From Myxococcales bacterium (GTDB lineage: Bacteria > Myxococcota_A > Polyangia > Polyangiales > Polyangiaceae), in assembly GCA_043747615.1 (NCBI GenBank), contig JAYTOU010000035.1, positions 1 through 64,000 on the forward strand: a stretch of 64,000 nucleotides of DNA. The letters run 5' to 3'. Both the position numbers and the translations under genes were made by a program. Below the pieces are notes generated by a model, which ran no database searches, had not been told where the DNA came from, and saw only the letters and a program-made list of their open reading frames with translations. The first letter of the stretch is position 1. Each line of letters begins with the position of its first letter. This document shows, in pieces, positions 26,450 to 35,731 of this stretch.

Positions 26450-27432
26450 AACGAGTCTTGCCCGGACTCGGCGCCGCTCGCGTTTCCGGCGTCGTAGAAG
26501 TAACGGAGGCCAGCGACGAAGAGGGTCATCGGGTGATCGGCAACGACGTCGCGGCGGGCGCTGAGCTCGAAGCTCCATTTCTTGTCGACGTAGCCGGCGC
26601 CGAGCGAGACGGCGTGTGCCCGCTGCCCGTCGTCGTAGCGGTAGCCGACGCGAATCGGAAAGTGGTCGGCCACGAAAAACTCCGCGCCGAGCATCACGCG
26701 CCCGCGTGTCCCCTTCCAGGTGGTGAAGTCGGCCATGCCGTCGGCTTCGATGGCCACGATTCCCGCTGCGTACCCGATGCCACCGGCGAGGGTAGTCGGC
26801 GCGAGCCCCGTTCCCGGATTGGTGAGGTTGTGTCCGACCAAAGAGACGTTGAGCCCGGTCGTGGGAATGACCGTGACGCCCATGTCGAAGGTGAAATTGT
26901 TCAGCACCGGACCACTCGGATTTCCGTCGGAAGCGAGGCTCTGTCCGAATGGACCTCTCGCCGTGTTCTGCGAAGAGCGCAGGTAGCGACCGGTCATCCC
27001 GAGGGCGATCTTGTCGCCGAGGGGGTAGCCGAGCGCCAGACGGAGATCCGTCCACTGACGATGAATTCCATCGGGATCGAGCTGATTCCAGGTCCCGCCG
27101 AACCCTCCGGCGAGGCGGCTCGTCGATGAGTCGGCGACAGCTCCGCCGTAGCTCTGCCGTCGCGCATCCGGCGAAACTGCCGCCAGACCTTCGAAGTGAT
27201 AGACGCGGGCAAGCGGTAAATTGGCCGGGTTGAGAAAGATCGCGTTCGTCGAGGTCCCGAGCGCGGTCTGCGCGCCGCCCATCCCGACGGAGCGTGGCGT
27301 GTACACCTCACCGAGATCGTACCCTTGCTCCACCGACGTCGACGAGGGATCGGCGTGAGCCGTCGACGCAACCAGCATGGCCCCAAGAAAAAGAGGAAGC
27401 GTTCGGAAGATCAGTGCGGGACCGTTGTGCAT
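26446..27432 (-). CDS. outer-membrane beta-barrel protein (FadL/PorV-like N-terminal motif)
   Basis: Signal peptide ending AHA; PRSVGMGGAQTA...AIFLNPANL; alternating amphipathic strands. Confidence 0.7.
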   Translation of the reverse strand: MHNGPALIFRTLPLFLGAMLVASTAHADPSSTSVEQGYDLGEVYTPRSVGMGGAQTALGTSTNAIFLNPANLPLARVYHFEGLAAVSPDARRQSYGGAVADSSTSRLAGGFGGTWNQLDPDGIHRQWTDLRLALGYPLGDKIALGMTGRYLRSSQNTARGPFGQSLASDGNPSGPVLNNFTFDMGVTVIPTTGLNVSLVGHNLTNPGTGLAPTTLAGGIGYAAGIVAIEADGMADFTTWKGTRGRVMLGAEFFVADHFPIRVGYRYDDGQRAHAVSLGAGYVDKKWSFELSARRDVVADHPMTLFVAGLRYFYDAGNASGAESGQDSF

Positions 27433-27888
27433 GCGCGGGATTGGCCGGACCCTAACAAGTGCATGCGGCAACGGGACACTTTTCGGCAGGCTCTTCGACG
27501 TACCCAGTCGTCTGTAACTGGCCGCACCTGCGACGAACCCTCGACCTGAAGCGCCACCACGATGCCCGGCGATTGTCACAGGATCGTGCACTCTTGACAG
27601 CCCAATCGCCCTGAAATTCCGTTCATTCAGAGAGCGCACTTTCCTGAAGATCCCGATTCAATAAGTACGTCGCGGGGTTGCACGATGCATGAGGTTCCCG
27701 CGTGTCTGCGCAACGTATTTCGCGGGTGGTCTACAAGCAATAAACGCCAACCATTTCGGTGACTTCGTCTGTTTCGAACAATCGGCGTGGACGCGGTGCA
27801 AAAAGGGATGGTAGCTCCTCATCCTTAGCGTCGGGGAGCAGGGTCATTGGCCCCTCACGCGTTCGGGTAACGACCGGCTTCTTCGGGT

Positions 27889-27910
27889 GGGTCTCGAGCG
27901 GGTCTCGAGC
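27889..27910 (+). repeat. tandem 11-bp repeat GGGTCTCGAGC x2 within a G-tract-rich segment
   Basis: Read directly from the sequence. Confidence 0.85.
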
Positions 27911-27981
27911 GGGGTTGGGTTGGGGCTGTGGTCGGTCGTTCAGGGGGGCTGTGGGGGATCGAGAGTAGGGCGCGGAGTTTT

Positions 27982-28013
27982 TACTCCACACCCTGTGGGA
28001 AAGCTGTGCCCAA
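27982..28013. promoter_or_regulatory. cluster of three DnaA-box-like 9-mers upstream of dnaA
   Basis: TACTCCACA (27982..27990), TGTGGGAAA (27994..28002) and TGTGCCCAA (28005..28013); 7-8/9 matches to TTWTNCACA. Confidence 0.55.
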
Positions 28014-28056
28014 TTTGTCGGCAGAACATGGCCGACCGGAAAGTGGTTAGCGAACG

Positions 28057-29529
28057 GTGCAAGGTCGGATCGAAAGTCGGGCGGAGCTCTGGGACGAGGC
28101 AGTCGCGTACACACGCGAGAAATCCCCCGGAGTGTTCGACCAGTGGTTCTCGGGGGTCCAGTTCGACGGGCTTTCCGACGGGGTCCTCAGCCTGCGTGCC
28201 CGCGACGAGTTCGTGCGTGAGTGGGTGGAGAAGCATTTTCTTCCGACGCTGACCGATCACATCCGCGCCCAGACCGAGTGGAGCGTGCAGGTCACGTGGA
28301 TCATCGACAGCACCCTCGATCGCTCCGTCGCCAAGCACGTAGGTAAGGTGCCGCAGCTCCCGGTCTCTCCGCGCCGCTTGTCGGTGCACGAGGAGGTATC
28401 ACCCATGATCGACGAGACGCCTGCAGGCAGCGCAAAAGACCCGTCGACCGTTGCTCCCGCTTCGGTGCGGCGCCCGTCCATCCAGGTGGCGCCTCCTCCG
28501 CTCGAAGGCTTGAACGGCAAGTACACGTTCTCGAATTTCGTGATCGGCCCCTCGAACCAGCTCGCGCATGCCGCGTCGATCGCCGCAGCGGGAGGCGGCG
28601 GGCGAAGGTACAATCCCCTATTTCTGTGCGGTGGAACGGGGCTCGGCAAGACGCACTTGGTTCACGCTGTCGCGCACCGCGTGCGCACGGAGCGTCCGAG
28701 CACGCGCATCCTCTACATCTCCGCCGAGCGCTTCATCAATGAGTTCGTCCAGGCCCTGCAGGACCAGAAGATGAACGAGTTTCGCTCGCGGTACCGCGAG
28801 AAATGCGATCTCCTCCTCGTCGACGACATCCAGTTTCTCGCATCGAAGACGCAGACCCAGGAAGAATTTTTCCACGCCTTCAACGCCCTTCACCAGGCGG
28901 ACAAGCAGATCATCGTCACGAGCGACAAGTACCCGCAACAGCTCGAGCGGATGGAGGAGCGCCTCGTCTCTCGTTTCACGTGGGGGCTCGTCGCCGACAT
29001 CCAGGCTCCGGAGCTCGAGACTCGCGTCGCGATCGTCCGAAAAAAAGCGCAGATCGAGGGGCTAGAGGTCGCCGACGAGGTGCTGCACTATATCGCCCAA
29101 GCGGTGCGGAGCAACGTTCGCGAGCTCGAAGGAACACTCATTCGTCTCGCGGCCAAGGCCTCCCTCACGTCACGGATCATCGATCTCGAGTTCGCGCGCA
29201 CGGAAATCGCGCTCTCGTCGAACACCCGTGCGAACGAAGCCAGCGTGGAGGACGTGCAGCGTGTCGTCTGCCATCATTTCAAGCTGAAGAGCGGCGATCT
29301 CCTGTCGAAGGATCGCCACCGGAGCATCGCCTTCGCCCGCCACGTCGCCATGTATCTTTGCCGGGAACGCCTGAAATGCAGCCTGCCCGAGCTCGGTCGC
29401 GCCTTCGGTAACCGCGATCACACGACGGTCATGAGCGCCGTGCGCAAGGTGAAGGCGCTACGCGGCAACGATCCGGAAGTGCGCGCGCACATCGAAGCCC
29501 TCGAGCGCAAGCTTGGCTCGGTAGACTAG
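28057..29529 (+). CDS. dnaA: chromosomal replication initiator DnaA
   Basis: YTFSNFVIGPSN, YNPLFLCGGTGLGKTHL, LLLVDDIQF, SNVRELEG, FGNRDHTTVM. Confidence 0.98.
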   Translation: MQGRIESRAELWDEAVAYTREKSPGVFDQWFSGVQFDGLSDGVLSLRARDEFVREWVEKHFLPTLTDHIRAQTEWSVQVTWIIDSTLDRSVAKHVGKVPQLPVSPRRLSVHEEVSPMIDETPAGSAKDPSTVAPASVRRPSIQVAPPPLEGLNGKYTFSNFVIGPSNQLAHAASIAAAGGGGRRYNPLFLCGGTGLGKTHLVHAVAHRVRTERPSTRILYISAERFINEFVQALQDQKMNEFRSRYREKCDLLLVDDIQFLASKTQTQEEFFHAFNALHQADKQIIVTSDKYPQQLERMEERLVSRFTWGLVADIQAPELETRVAIVRKKAQIEGLEVADEVLHYIAQAVRSNVRELEGTLIRLAAKASLTSRIIDLEFARTEIALSSNTRANEASVEDVQRVVCHHFKLKSGDLLSKDRHRSIAFARHVAMYLCRERLKCSLPELGRAFGNRDHTTVMSAVRKVKALRGNDPEVRAHIEALERKLGSVD

Positions 29530-29544
29530 TCCCTCGGGGCTGCC

Positions 29545-31236
29545 CTAGCCGGGTTGCGCGGCGTAGACGGCGAAGACGGCGTTGCTGAAGAGCGGCGCCG
29601 GCTCGGAGTGACCCGGGTCGGGAGTGACCGATCGCTTATCGACGACGACGTACGACAGACCGTGCGCGAGCGCGTAGGTCAGCTGGTCATGCAGCGTTCG
29701 TAGGGCGCGCACTTCGTTGAAGCGCGAATGCCACGTGTCGTACGTCTCGGGAGCCCAAAACACGGTCGCTCCGTCTTTTGCGTCTACCCACGCCACGCGC
29801 TGCGCGCCGACGCGGAAGCCCAGCGGCCAAAGAGGCACGAGGAACGTGGCATCGGGCGAGGTCGTGTGTCGCGCCCAGAGTTGAACCTCACGCCACTGAG
29901 GTGCCCTCGGCCATTGGCCCTCGAAGAGTTCGTCGTCCTGCGCTGTGGGGATCGCCCCGTCCGCGAGTCTCCCCGTGCGCGTCGCGTACGCATCGAGGGT
30001 GCCGTAGACGACAAGCAGGGCGCTTGCCGCAACGGCGTACGGCCTAGGACGAGCAGAGATCGCGCGGAGCCACGCTCCAACGCGAATCCTGAGGGACGCC
30101 ACACCCGCGCTCTTTTCTCCGTGCCCGCGCTCGGCGGCGATGAGGAGGAGAAGAGTGACGATCGGCACGACGTACTGCGCTGTGACCAGTCCGTAGAGGA
30201 TGGCCGCCGAGGCCACGCTCCTCCCGACGCGCGTGAGATCCCACATGCTCAGTGCAGCGGAGACTGCCAAGGTCACGCCGCCGATGACGAGCAGGCCATC
30301 GACCCGCAGCAGGTGCAGTCGAAGGAGGAGGGTCGAGTGAACCATCGCGCCGACCATGGCCCCCGCGGCGAAGACGACCATCCATCCGACGACGACCTGC
30401 GCGCCGCCGGGCCTGAGAAAGCGAACCGCGAGAATTCCCAAGAGGGCGATTTCCAGCACCTTGGCGATACTCGACAGAGAGGATGCATCGAGAAAAAAAT
30501 GTTTGGGGAAGTAGAAACGCAGATACCCGCGAAAATCGAAGGTCGGGGGTGCTTCGTGCACCACCGAGCGAACCCACAGAACGACCGGCACGACCACGAT
30601 GAAGAACACCGCAGCAGCCAGGGCGATCTCGCGAAGGACTTTCGCTTTGCCGCTCTCGCGCCCGAGTTGAAGGAGGCTGGCGATGCCGAGGGGGGCGAGC
30701 ATCCACACTCCGACGAAAATGTTGATGTCGAAAGCCACGGCGGAGGCAAGCGCGGCGGCGACGATCCTTCGCCGCATGATCAAGCTGGCACTGATGAGCG
30801 CGAAAGCTTGGGCGAGCTCGGTGTGCGTAAAATACTCGATCAGCATGCCGTCGCCTCCGACCGGCGAGAACCCATAGATGCCCGTGAAGACCAGGATCAT
30901 CGCTCCCACCCAGAGCCGCGCCTCGGCGAGGCCGCTGGCCATCATGATCAAGATGAGCGCATAGAACGTGAGCACCCGCGTCAGCACGTGGCAGGCAAAA
31001 AACAGCCCCACGATGTTCGCCTCCGTCGCGACGTGCGCGAGCAGCGGATAGATGGGTGAGACGAACTTGTGGAGCGACTGCATCACCGGATCGTGCGCGA
31101 ATTGAGGCAGATCGTACATCCGCAGAACGATCGGAATGTGAAAGACGTTGTTGTTGATCCCGAACTCGAAGCCCTGAAGCGCGATCGAGAGGATCGCCGC
31201 GAGGCACGCAAGCAGCGCGGGTCTCTTCACGTGCAC
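29545..31236 (-). CDS. polytopic membrane protein (GT-C-like / DUF6798-like) with C-terminal extracytoplasmic domain
   Basis: About 10+ TM helices; C-terminal WARHTTSPDATFLVP...GFRVGAQR...VDAKDG; start directly abuts the cysS stop. Confidence 0.6.
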   Translation of the reverse strand: MHVKRPALLACLAAILSIALQGFEFGINNNVFHIPIVLRMYDLPQFAHDPVMQSLHKFVSPIYPLLAHVATEANIVGLFFACHVLTRVLTFYALILIMMASGLAEARLWVGAMILVFTGIYGFSPVGGDGMLIEYFTHTELAQAFALISASLIMRRRIVAAALASAVAFDINIFVGVWMLAPLGIASLLQLGRESGKAKVLREIALAAAVFFIVVVPVVLWVRSVVHEAPPTFDFRGYLRFYFPKHFFLDASSLSSIAKVLEIALLGILAVRFLRPGGAQVVVGWMVVFAAGAMVGAMVHSTLLLRLHLLRVDGLLVIGGVTLAVSAALSMWDLTRVGRSVASAAILYGLVTAQYVVPIVTLLLLIAAERGHGEKSAGVASLRIRVGAWLRAISARPRPYAVAASALLVVYGTLDAYATRTGRLADGAIPTAQDDELFEGQWPRAPQWREVQLWARHTTSPDATFLVPLWPLGFRVGAQRVAWVDAKDGATVFWAPETYDTWHSRFNEVRALRTLHDQLTYALAHGLSYVVVDKRSVTPDPGHSEPAPLFSNAVFAVYAAQPG

Positions 31237-32760
31237 CTAGGCCACGATCTTCCAGGCCGTCGCGCCGCCGGTCGCATCGAGGAGCTCCACCCCCATGGCG
31301 GTGAGCTCCGCGCGGATGATGTCGGCGCGCGCAAAATCTTTGGCCGCGCGCGCTTCGATGCGGGCTTGGACCTTCGCGTTGATCGCGGGCTCATCGAGGC
31401 CGCGGATCTTGAGACGGCGCTTCAGGCTGCGCGCGTTGTAGTTCTCGGAGCTCGCCTGCATGAGGCCGAGGGGCGCGCAGCATCCGTCGAGCGAAAGAAC
31501 GGCCTTCGCGGCGAGCTGACGCGCCGAGTCCCACGCCGCCTTGTCTTTTTTCAGCTTGGCGATCTGGAGAACGATCTCGTTTGCAGCCTTCGCCAGCTCA
31601 CCAATCACGGAGACAGCGACCGGCGTGTTCAGATCCTTGTCGAGCGCGGCGAGCACGCGAATGGGTGCCTCTTCGACCACTTTCGCCTGGCCTTGAAGGA
31701 CATTCCCGAGCGCGGGCTCCGCACCCGCTGCGGCTGAGACGAGCGCATCGCGTGTGGTATACAAGTAATCCATTCTCCGCTCGGCTTCGTCGACGCCGGT
31801 GAAGGTGACCCGCCCGTCGCCCGTCTTCTCGAGCTCGAACGAGAGCTGCTGCCCGTATTTCGTGCCGAGCAGATAGTAGCGAAACGCCTCCGCGTCGTTG
31901 CGGGCGAGCACGTCCTTGATGGTGACGAAGTTGCCGAGCGACTGGCTCATCTTCTCGTTGTCGGCGTTGAGGAAGCCGCCGTGGATCCACATGCGCGCAA
32001 ACTCTGGTCCGTAAATGGCTTCGCTCTGGGCGATTTCATTTTCGTGGTGCGGAAATATGAGATCCGTTCCGCCGCAGTGGATGTCGAAATGCTCGCCCAG
32101 GTATTTCGCGGCCATCGCCGAGCACACGATGTGCCAGCCCGGCCGCCCCTTCCCCCACGGGCTCGGCCAGCCCCAGCCATCCTCCGGCTCGCCCTTCCAC
32201 ATCGCAAAATCGAGGGGATCGCGCTTGATGTCGCCCGTTTCGATGCGCGCGCCGCTGAGGAGATCGTCGATGTTGCGGTGGGAGAGCTTGCCGTAATTCG
32301 GGAAGCTTCGAACGGAGAAGTAGACGTCCTTACCCTTCGCCGTGTCTGCCACGTATGCGAACCCTTTTTCGATCAGCTTCTCGATGAGCGCGATGATCTC
32401 GGGAATGTGGGTGGAGACCTTCGGCTCGTGATCGGGCTTGAGGCATCCGATCGACTTGAGCTCGAGCTCCACTTCCTTGGCGCGCGCCGCCGAGAACGCG
32501 AGCGGCTCCTCGCCGACTTCCTTAGATTTTTTCAGGATCTTGTCGTCCACGTCCGTCACGTTGCGGACGTACGTGACCTTGAGCCCGCGCGCGCGCAGGT
32601 GCCGCACGAGAACGTCGAAGGTGGTCATCGTCCGCGCGTGCCCCGCGTGGGCCACGTTGTATGTGGTGAGCCCGCACAAATAGATGCGCGCGGTCCCGGG
32701 AACGAGTGGCTCGAAGTTCTCGAGCTTCTGGGTGAGGGTGTTGTGAAAGCGGAGGGTCAT
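31237..32760 (-). CDS. cysS: cysteine--tRNA ligase (variant motifs)
   Basis: YLCGLTTY..AHAGH, RNVTDVDDK, GRPGWHIVCSAM, DLIFPHHENEIAQS, KMSQSLGNF; C-terminal anticodon-binding KDFARADIIR. Confidence 0.95.
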   Translation of the reverse strand: MTLRFHNTLTQKLENFEPLVPGTARIYLCGLTTYNVAHAGHARTMTTFDVLVRHLRARGLKVTYVRNVTDVDDKILKKSKEVGEEPLAFSAARAKEVELELKSIGCLKPDHEPKVSTHIPEIIALIEKLIEKGFAYVADTAKGKDVYFSVRSFPNYGKLSHRNIDDLLSGARIETGDIKRDPLDFAMWKGEPEDGWGWPSPWGKGRPGWHIVCSAMAAKYLGEHFDIHCGGTDLIFPHHENEIAQSEAIYGPEFARMWIHGGFLNADNEKMSQSLGNFVTIKDVLARNDAEAFRYYLLGTKYGQQLSFELEKTGDGRVTFTGVDEAERRMDYLYTTRDALVSAAAGAEPALGNVLQGQAKVVEEAPIRVLAALDKDLNTPVAVSVIGELAKAANEIVLQIAKLKKDKAAWDSARQLAAKAVLSLDGCCAPLGLMQASSENYNARSLKRRLKIRGLDEPAINAKVQARIEARAAKDFARADIIRAELTAMGVELLDATGGATAWKIVA

Positions 32761-32816
32761 TGGACTGTGCGGATATAGCCGAAATTCGGGCAAACGCGTG
32801 GTATCAACTTCGGGGG

Positions 32817-33371
32817 ATGCTGGCCGCGCGCGCTTCGGTAAACATCGCGACCAAAACGGCACGAGCGGCCTTTGTCGTGTCTCTGGGGTTCGGGGCCGTA
32901 GGCTGCGGCGGCTCGCAGGAGCGCTTCGACGGCGCCTCCTTCCGGGATGGGAACGTCGCTTTCCGGGTGAACAGCGTCCCCCCGGCGTGGGAGCGCATTT
33001 CGGTGGTCGACGCGAGCCTCGCCTTCCGGGATGCGAGCCACCAGGGCACGGTGCTCATCAACGGCCGCTGCGGCCAGAGGGGAGTGGACGACACGCCGCT
33101 CTCCGCGCTCACCGGTCATCTCGTGATGGGCACCACAGAGCGCGAGTTCGACTCCGAGGTCGTGGTGCCGCTCGACTCACGCGAGGCGATGCACACCAAA
33201 ATGCGCGCGAAGCTCGATGGCGTGAAGATGTCCTACGATATTTTCGTCCTAAAAAAAGACGGCTGCGTCTACGATTTCGTTTACGTCGCGCCGCCCGAGC
33301 GGGTCGCCGGGGTGCCCGAGTTCGAGCGCTTCGTCATGGGCTTCCACACCGCCGGCCCGGGTGCGATGTGA
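32817..33371 (+). CDS. hypothetical lipoprotein
   Basis: Lipobox AVGC; VLKKDGCVYDFVYVA; overlaps the mlaE start. Confidence 0.7.
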   Translation: MLAARASVNIATKTARAAFVVSLGFGAVGCGGSQERFDGASFRDGNVAFRVNSVPPAWERISVVDASLAFRDASHQGTVLINGRCGQRGVDDTPLSALTGHLVMGTTEREFDSEVVVPLDSREAMHTKMRAKLDGVKMSYDIFVLKKDGCVYDFVYVAPPERVAGVPEFERFVMGFHTAGPGAM

Positions 33372-34243
33372 GGGAATCAACCGCCTCACGCTCGAATCTC
33401 GACGACCAGCCCCCGTCGTCGCGTGCGCCGCTCTCTCGCCCCGCTCCGCCGCCGGCTCCGCAGTCTCTCGGTGCCGAGTACTACGAGCAGCTCGTTTCGT
33501 TCGTCGAGCACCTCGGAGACGTGACGCTCCTCATTGTCCGCACGTTTCGCGCGATGTTTCGGCGTCCCCTCGAGCTCAAGGCGATCATCTCCCAGATGGA
33601 ATCGCTCGGCGTCCGCTCGCTCGCCATCGTGGCCGTCACCAGCCTCTTCATCGGAATGGTGATGACCCTCCAGTTCGCGTTCGGCCTCCAGCGCTTTGGC
33701 GGGATCGAGTTCATTCCGCGGGTGGTCGTGCTGTCGTTCGCGCGCGAGCTTGCGCCCACCCTCACCGCGGTGATCGTGGGCGGCCGCATCGGGAGCGGGA
33801 TGGCGGCCGAAGTGGGGGCCATGAACGTCACCGAGCAGGTGGACGCGATTCGCGCGCTCGGTGCGGACCCTGCAAAGAAGCTTGTTTTGCCGCGGATGGT
33901 AGCGTCGATCCTGGTGATGCCGATCCTCAGCGTGTTCGCGCTCACCCTCGGCACCATAGGCGCGATCTTCATCTGCACGCTGCAGTTCGACATCACCCCG
34001 GACTTCTTCATTCAGTCGTCGCTCGAGTCGATGCGCCTCAGCGATTTCATGAGCGGCCTCATGAAGACGCCGTTCTTCGGATTCATTATCTCCATCGTTG
34101 GCTGTCACTTCGGTCTCCGCACCACGGGGGGCACCGAAGGGGTGGGGCTCAGCACGACGCGCACCGTGGTCGTGGTCTCCATCGCCATCCTCGTGGCCGA
34201 TTTTTTTCTCACGAAAATCTTTATCGGGATCTTCGGCGGATGA
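33368..34243 (+). CDS. mlaE: MlaE-family ABC transporter permease
   Basis: RELAPTLTAVIVGGRIGSGMAAEVGAMNVTEQVDAIRALG, GGTEGVGLSTT. Confidence 0.92.
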   Translation: MRESTASRSNLDDQPPSSRAPLSRPAPPPAPQSLGAEYYEQLVSFVEHLGDVTLLIVRTFRAMFRRPLELKAIISQMESLGVRSLAIVAVTSLFIGMVMTLQFAFGLQRFGGIEFIPRVVVLSFARELAPTLTAVIVGGRIGSGMAAEVGAMNVTEQVDAIRALGADPAKKLVLPRMVASILVMPILSVFALTLGTIGAIFICTLQFDITPDFFIQSSLESMRLSDFMSGLMKTPFFGFIISIVGCHFGLRTTGGTEGVGLSTTRTVVVVSIAILVADFFLTKIFIGIFGG

Positions 34244-34536
34244 AAGTTGCGCTTGGCCTTCTGCTAGCGATCCCCCTTGTTTTTGGGTGGATCTCCCTCG
34301 ATGCGCGCTCTCGTCGCAGCGATCGCGCCGCCGACGAGCAGGCGATCTCGGCCGTCGCACGCCGCTTGCCATCGTCGGATCTTGCGCTCTCCGGTGGAGC
34401 CCGGTGGTTGCGAAATCCATCGCTCGAAGAACCGGGCGCGGCCTTCGCCGATGGACCTGCGCTCCCCGATCCCGATCCTGCGGGCGGCGTCATGTCTCCT
34501 CCGCAGGCCGTCTGGAACGCCGAGGTAAAGCGGTGA
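34240..34536 (+). CDS. small membrane-anchored hypothetical protein
   Basis: N-terminal TM; DLALSGGARWLRNPS; overlapping start/stop codons on both sides. Confidence 0.65.
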   Translation: MKVALGLLLAIPLVFGWISLDARSRRSDRAADEQAISAVARRLPSSDLALSGGARWLRNPSLEEPGAAFADGPALPDPDPAGGVMSPPQAVWNAEVKR

Positions 34537-35708
34537 AGGGCTCCCTCTCGCTCCTGGCGCATGCGGCGCGCGCGCTCTGGCGACGGCGGACGAAATCGCT
34601 CGCGCTCGGTGGCGGGCTGGCCCTCACGGTCACGTTCGTCGCGGCAGTGCTCTTTCTCACAGATGCCCTCCGCGCTGATTCCGAGAGGGCCCGCGCGGCC
34701 ATCCCGGACGTAGTCGTCTCCCGGCTCATCGGCGGTCGCCCCACCATCCTCTCCGCGAGCGACGCCGACGCGATCAAGAAAATTGATTCTGTCCGCGACG
34801 TGAGGCCACGCGTCTGGGGTTACGTGTTCGTCCCCGCGCTGCAGGGCAACGTCACGGTGGTGGGCGTGCCGAAAGGTCTTCCAGCGCTCGATAGCGTGGC
34901 GGGCGCACTTGCCGATGGGCACGATCTCACGGTGGGCGCGCACCAGATGATCGCCGGCGCGACGCTCGCGAGTTACCTCGGGATCGCGATGGGAGATGCC
35001 ATCGCCCTCCCCACGATCGGCGCGCCCTTGCCCGCGCTCACGCTGGTCGGAACGTTTAGCTCCAAAGTCGATCTCTACGCCGCAGACGTGATCCTCTGTG
35101 ACGAAACGGATGCGCGCGCGATCCTCGGCCTCCCCGCGGACGCCGCGACCGATCTCGCGGTGACGGTGATCAATCCCGCCGAGGCCCGGGTCATCGCTCG
35201 CACCATCGTGGAGCGTTTGCCCGGCACGCGCGTCATCGAAAAGGATCTCCTCGGCCGCGTGTACGCGCTCGTCTACGGGCGCCGCGCGGGGCTGGTGCTT
35301 GCTGCATCGATTCCTGCGCTCCTCGCTCTGCTGATCCTGGCGTGGGATCGCGCGAGTGGCCTCGGGCCCGAAGAAAAGAGGGAGATCGCCGTGTTGAAGG
35401 CCATTGGCTGGAGCACCGCCGACGTGCTGTGGGCGAAGCTGTTCGAGGCGCTGCTGGTGAGCGCGGTAGCCACGACCCTCGGGCTCTTCTTGGCCTACGT
35501 CTGGGTATTTTCGCTCGGTGCCCCAGGCTTGCGGCAGGCGATCGTTGGTTGGAGCGTCCTTTATCCTGCCGGACCGCTGACCCCTGCGGTTGATCTCGCG
35601 CAGCTCCTCGCGCTTGCTCTCGCGGTCGTCGCGCCGTTCGTCGGCTTGAGTATCATTCCCGCGTGGCGTGCGGCCTCGATGGACCCGGTCGAGGCGATGC
35701 GCGGATAA
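34533..35708 (+). CDS. FtsX/LolE-like ABC transporter permease
   Basis: TM, periplasmic domain, then EKREIAVLKAIGW and PAWRAASMDPVEAMR. Confidence 0.88.
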   Translation: MKGSLSLLAHAARALWRRRTKSLALGGGLALTVTFVAAVLFLTDALRADSERARAAIPDVVVSRLIGGRPTILSASDADAIKKIDSVRDVRPRVWGYVFVPALQGNVTVVGVPKGLPALDSVAGALADGHDLTVGAHQMIAGATLASYLGIAMGDAIALPTIGAPLPALTLVGTFSSKVDLYAADVILCDETDARAILGLPADAATDLAVTVINPAEARVIARTIVERLPGTRVIEKDLLGRVYALVYGRRAGLVLAASIPALLALLILAWDRASGLGPEEKREIAVLKAIGWSTADVLWAKLFEALLVSAVATTLGLFLAYVWVFSLGAPGLRQAIVGWSVLYPAGPLTPAVDLAQLLALALAVVAPFVGLSIIPAWRAASMDPVEAMRG

Positions 35709-35731
35709 AGCTGAGCGCCCGTTAGCGCCCG

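Noticed and set aside
27802..27856. Alternative hairpins in the dnaA leader (AGGGATG/CATCCTT versus GCTCC/GGAGC) as a riboswitch
   Set aside because: Stems are short and match no riboswitch consensus I recognise; covariation data would be needed.
27731..28114. 127-aa minus-strand ORF upstream of dnaA
   Set aside because: It overlaps the dnaA start and the regulatory motifs; its Pro-rich content just reflects the G-tracts.
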